A DNA stretch of 64,000 bases from Pseudodonghicola sp. GTDB lineage: Bacteria; Pseudomonadota; Alphaproteobacteria; Rhodobacterales; Rhodobacteraceae. Shown here one piece after another: positions 62,789 through 64,000 of this stretch. Within the stretch, counting starts at the first letter, position 1, and each line of letters starts with the position of its first letter. Where the stretch lies: positions 18,298 to 82,297 of the forward strand of contig JASJGL010000159.1 of NCBI GenBank assembly GCA_033791545.1. Direction: 5' to 3'. A program made the translations under genes and the position numbers. Under the pieces are notes generated by a model. The model saw only the letters and a list, made by a program, of their open reading frames with translations. It was not told the origin of the DNA and ran no database searches.

Positions 62789-63667
62789 TCAGGTCTCGTT
62801 CGGCCAATACAGCCGCATCGGGTTGTCGATCAGCAGCGCCTTTTGCAGCGCCGCGCTGGGCGCGATCCGGGGGATCACGTCCACCAGTTGGCCGTCATCG
62901 GGCACATGCGATTTCATGTTCGGATGCGGCCAGTCGGTGCCCCAGAGCACCCGGTCGGGAAAACTCTCGACCAGATGGCGGGCAAAGGGGATCACGTCAT
63001 CATAGGGCGGGCCCGCGACGGTCAGACGTTCCGGGCAGCTGACCTTGGTCCAGATATTGTCGTTGCGCGCCAGAAGATCGACAAAGCGTTGGAAATCAGG
63101 ATGATCGACGCCCTTGGTCACGTCGGGGCGGCCCATGTGATCAACCACGATGGTTGCCGGTAGGCTTTCCAGAAAGGGGATCAACTCTTCCAGATCGGGC
63201 GCTTCGAAATAAACCACGATATGCCAGCCCAGCTTGGCGATCCGCTCGGCAATGCCAAGGAACACTTCCTTCGGGGTGGCATCCACCAGCCGTTTGACAA
63301 AGTTGAAGCGCACCGCGCGGACCCCGGCGGCATCCATTGCACGCAAGTCCTCATCGCTCACATCGGGCGAAACCACGGCAACCCCGCGCGCCAGATCGCC
63401 CGCCGTCTCCAGCGCATCGACCAGCGCGGCGTTGTCGGTGCCGTGGCAGCTGGCCTGTACGATCACGTTGCGCGAAAATCCCAGATGATCGCGCAGCGCG
63501 AACAGCTTTTCCTTGGGCGCATCGCAGGGGGTGTATTTGCGCTTGGGCGAATAGGGAAAGGTATCGGCGGGGCCGAAGACATGGCAATGGGCGTCCACCG
63601 CGCCGGCGGGCACCTTGAAATCCGGTGTCTTGGGGGCCGGGTGGAACGGCAGATAATCGGGATCCAT
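62789..63667 (-). CDS. ligI: 2-pyrone-4,6-dicarboxylate hydrolase (amidohydrolase_2 family, LigI type)
   Basis: GAVDAHCHVFGP...LFALRDHLGFSRNVIVQASCHGTDNAAL...VRFNFVKRLVD...VVDHMGRPDV...WGTDWPHPNM...NPMRLYW. Confidence 0.85.
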   Translation of the reverse strand: MDPDYLPFHPAPKTPDFKVPAGAVDAHCHVFGPADTFPYSPKRKYTPCDAPKEKLFALRDHLGFSRNVIVQASCHGTDNAALVDALETAGDLARGVAVVSPDVSDEDLRAMDAAGVRAVRFNFVKRLVDATPKEVFLGIAERIAKLGWHIVVYFEAPDLEELIPFLESLPATIVVDHMGRPDVTKGVDHPDFQRFVDLLARNDNIWTKVSCPERLTVAGPPYDDVIPFARHLVESFPDRVLWGTDWPHPNMKSHVPDDGQLVDVIPRIAPSAALQKALLIDNPMRLYWPNET

Positions 63668-63820
63668 TTATGCGGTCTCCTTGGTCTTTCACGCGCTGTG
63701 GCAGGGGGCGCCGGGGTTGGCCGCGACATTAGGTCCATCGGGGCCGAAAGCGCCAGTTGGAAGCTTGGACGCTTTGATTGGTTTATGTTATAGATGCCGC
63801 GAATTTACGGGGAGGCTCCA

Positions 63821-64000
63821 GTGGATTTCGTGTTTCCCAACGTGCGCCATCTGCTTGCTGTGCAAGAGGTTGCGGCACAGCACCGCATCAATCTGGCCGC
63901 CACCGCCGTGCACCTGTCGCAGCCAGCGGTGACGCAAGCCGTGGCCAAGCTGGAGACGGCGCTGTCGGCGCGCCTGTTCGATCGTCGCCCCGAAGGGATG
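63821..64000 (+). CDS. LysR-family transcriptional regulator, N-terminal HTH only (cut by the right window edge)
   Basis: GTG 63821 with GGGGAGG upstream. VDFVFPNVRHLLAVQEVAAQHRINLAATAVHLSQPAVTQAVAKLETALSARLFDRRPEG. Divergent from ligI. Confidence 0.8.
   Translation, partial: MDFVFPNVRHLLAVQEVAAQHRINLAATAVHLSQPAVTQAVAKLETALSARLFDRRPEGM

Overview
GC-rich chromosomal segment that looks alphaproteobacterial, probably Rhodobacterales-like. That judgement comes from gene content, gene order and protein sequences read by eye; no database search was possible.

I call 62 protein-coding genes, two of them cut by the window edges. Many ORF-track starts were trimmed to internal starts that have Shine-Dalgarno support. 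Two genes are not usable from the track: cobT runs off the left edge, and an 81-aa MoaD/ThiS-like gene is hidden inside a longer frame. I saw no rRNA, tRNA, CRISPR, transposase, integrase or phage genes.

Gene content, left to right:
- cobT-cobS, a Tat-signal msrB, an RTX-type Ca-binding gene, a J-domain protein and BolA.
- A DUF4177 protein, and a SPOR/PG-binding protein with a degenerate trypsin-like domain.
- glyQ-ORF-glyS, ppdK, a SleB-like hydrolase, a folB fusion with folP, and ilvC.
- Two overlapping Lrp/AsnC genes plus a class V aminotransferase.
- XRE regulator, DUF2061, fatty-acid desaturase and DMT transporter, then NUDIX and DUF983.
- An operon of EF-hand protein, ECF sigma, anti-sigma and CpxP-like protein, followed by a PleD-like diguanylate cyclase.
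- A long minus-strand beta-oxidation block: two MerR paralogs, acyl-CoA dehydrogenase, a small ORF, GST, thiolase, and hydratase/dehydrogenase.
- Two PaaI thioesterases plus a MATE transporter, then DUF952-pyrD-arsC.
- 5'-nucleotidase, TPR-sulfotransferase, SRAP peptidase, MarR, selU, and a pyridine-nucleotide oxidoreductase::SelD fusion.
- A six-gene Mrp/Pha antiporter with fused A/B.
- A CoxMSL-like molybdenum hydroxylase with a coupled MoaD-like gene, and a CbiX-like protein.
- ligI-ligA-ligB and a divergent LysR.

The window is mostly core metabolism, and I did not find a clear defence or mobile system. The observations I rate highest are:
- the MoaD/ThiS-like gene coupled to the Mo-hydroxylase;
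- the Met-rich four-EF-hand periplasmic protein co-operonic with a CnrH/Y/X-like ECF module, preceded by a 66-bp four-site dyad array;
- an RTX gene islet bracketed by a duplicated msrB 3' end;
- a recurring intergenic repeat family, GAGTATTT..ACAAGAAGAAG, including one inverted pair;
- the selU plus SelD-fusion selenium module.
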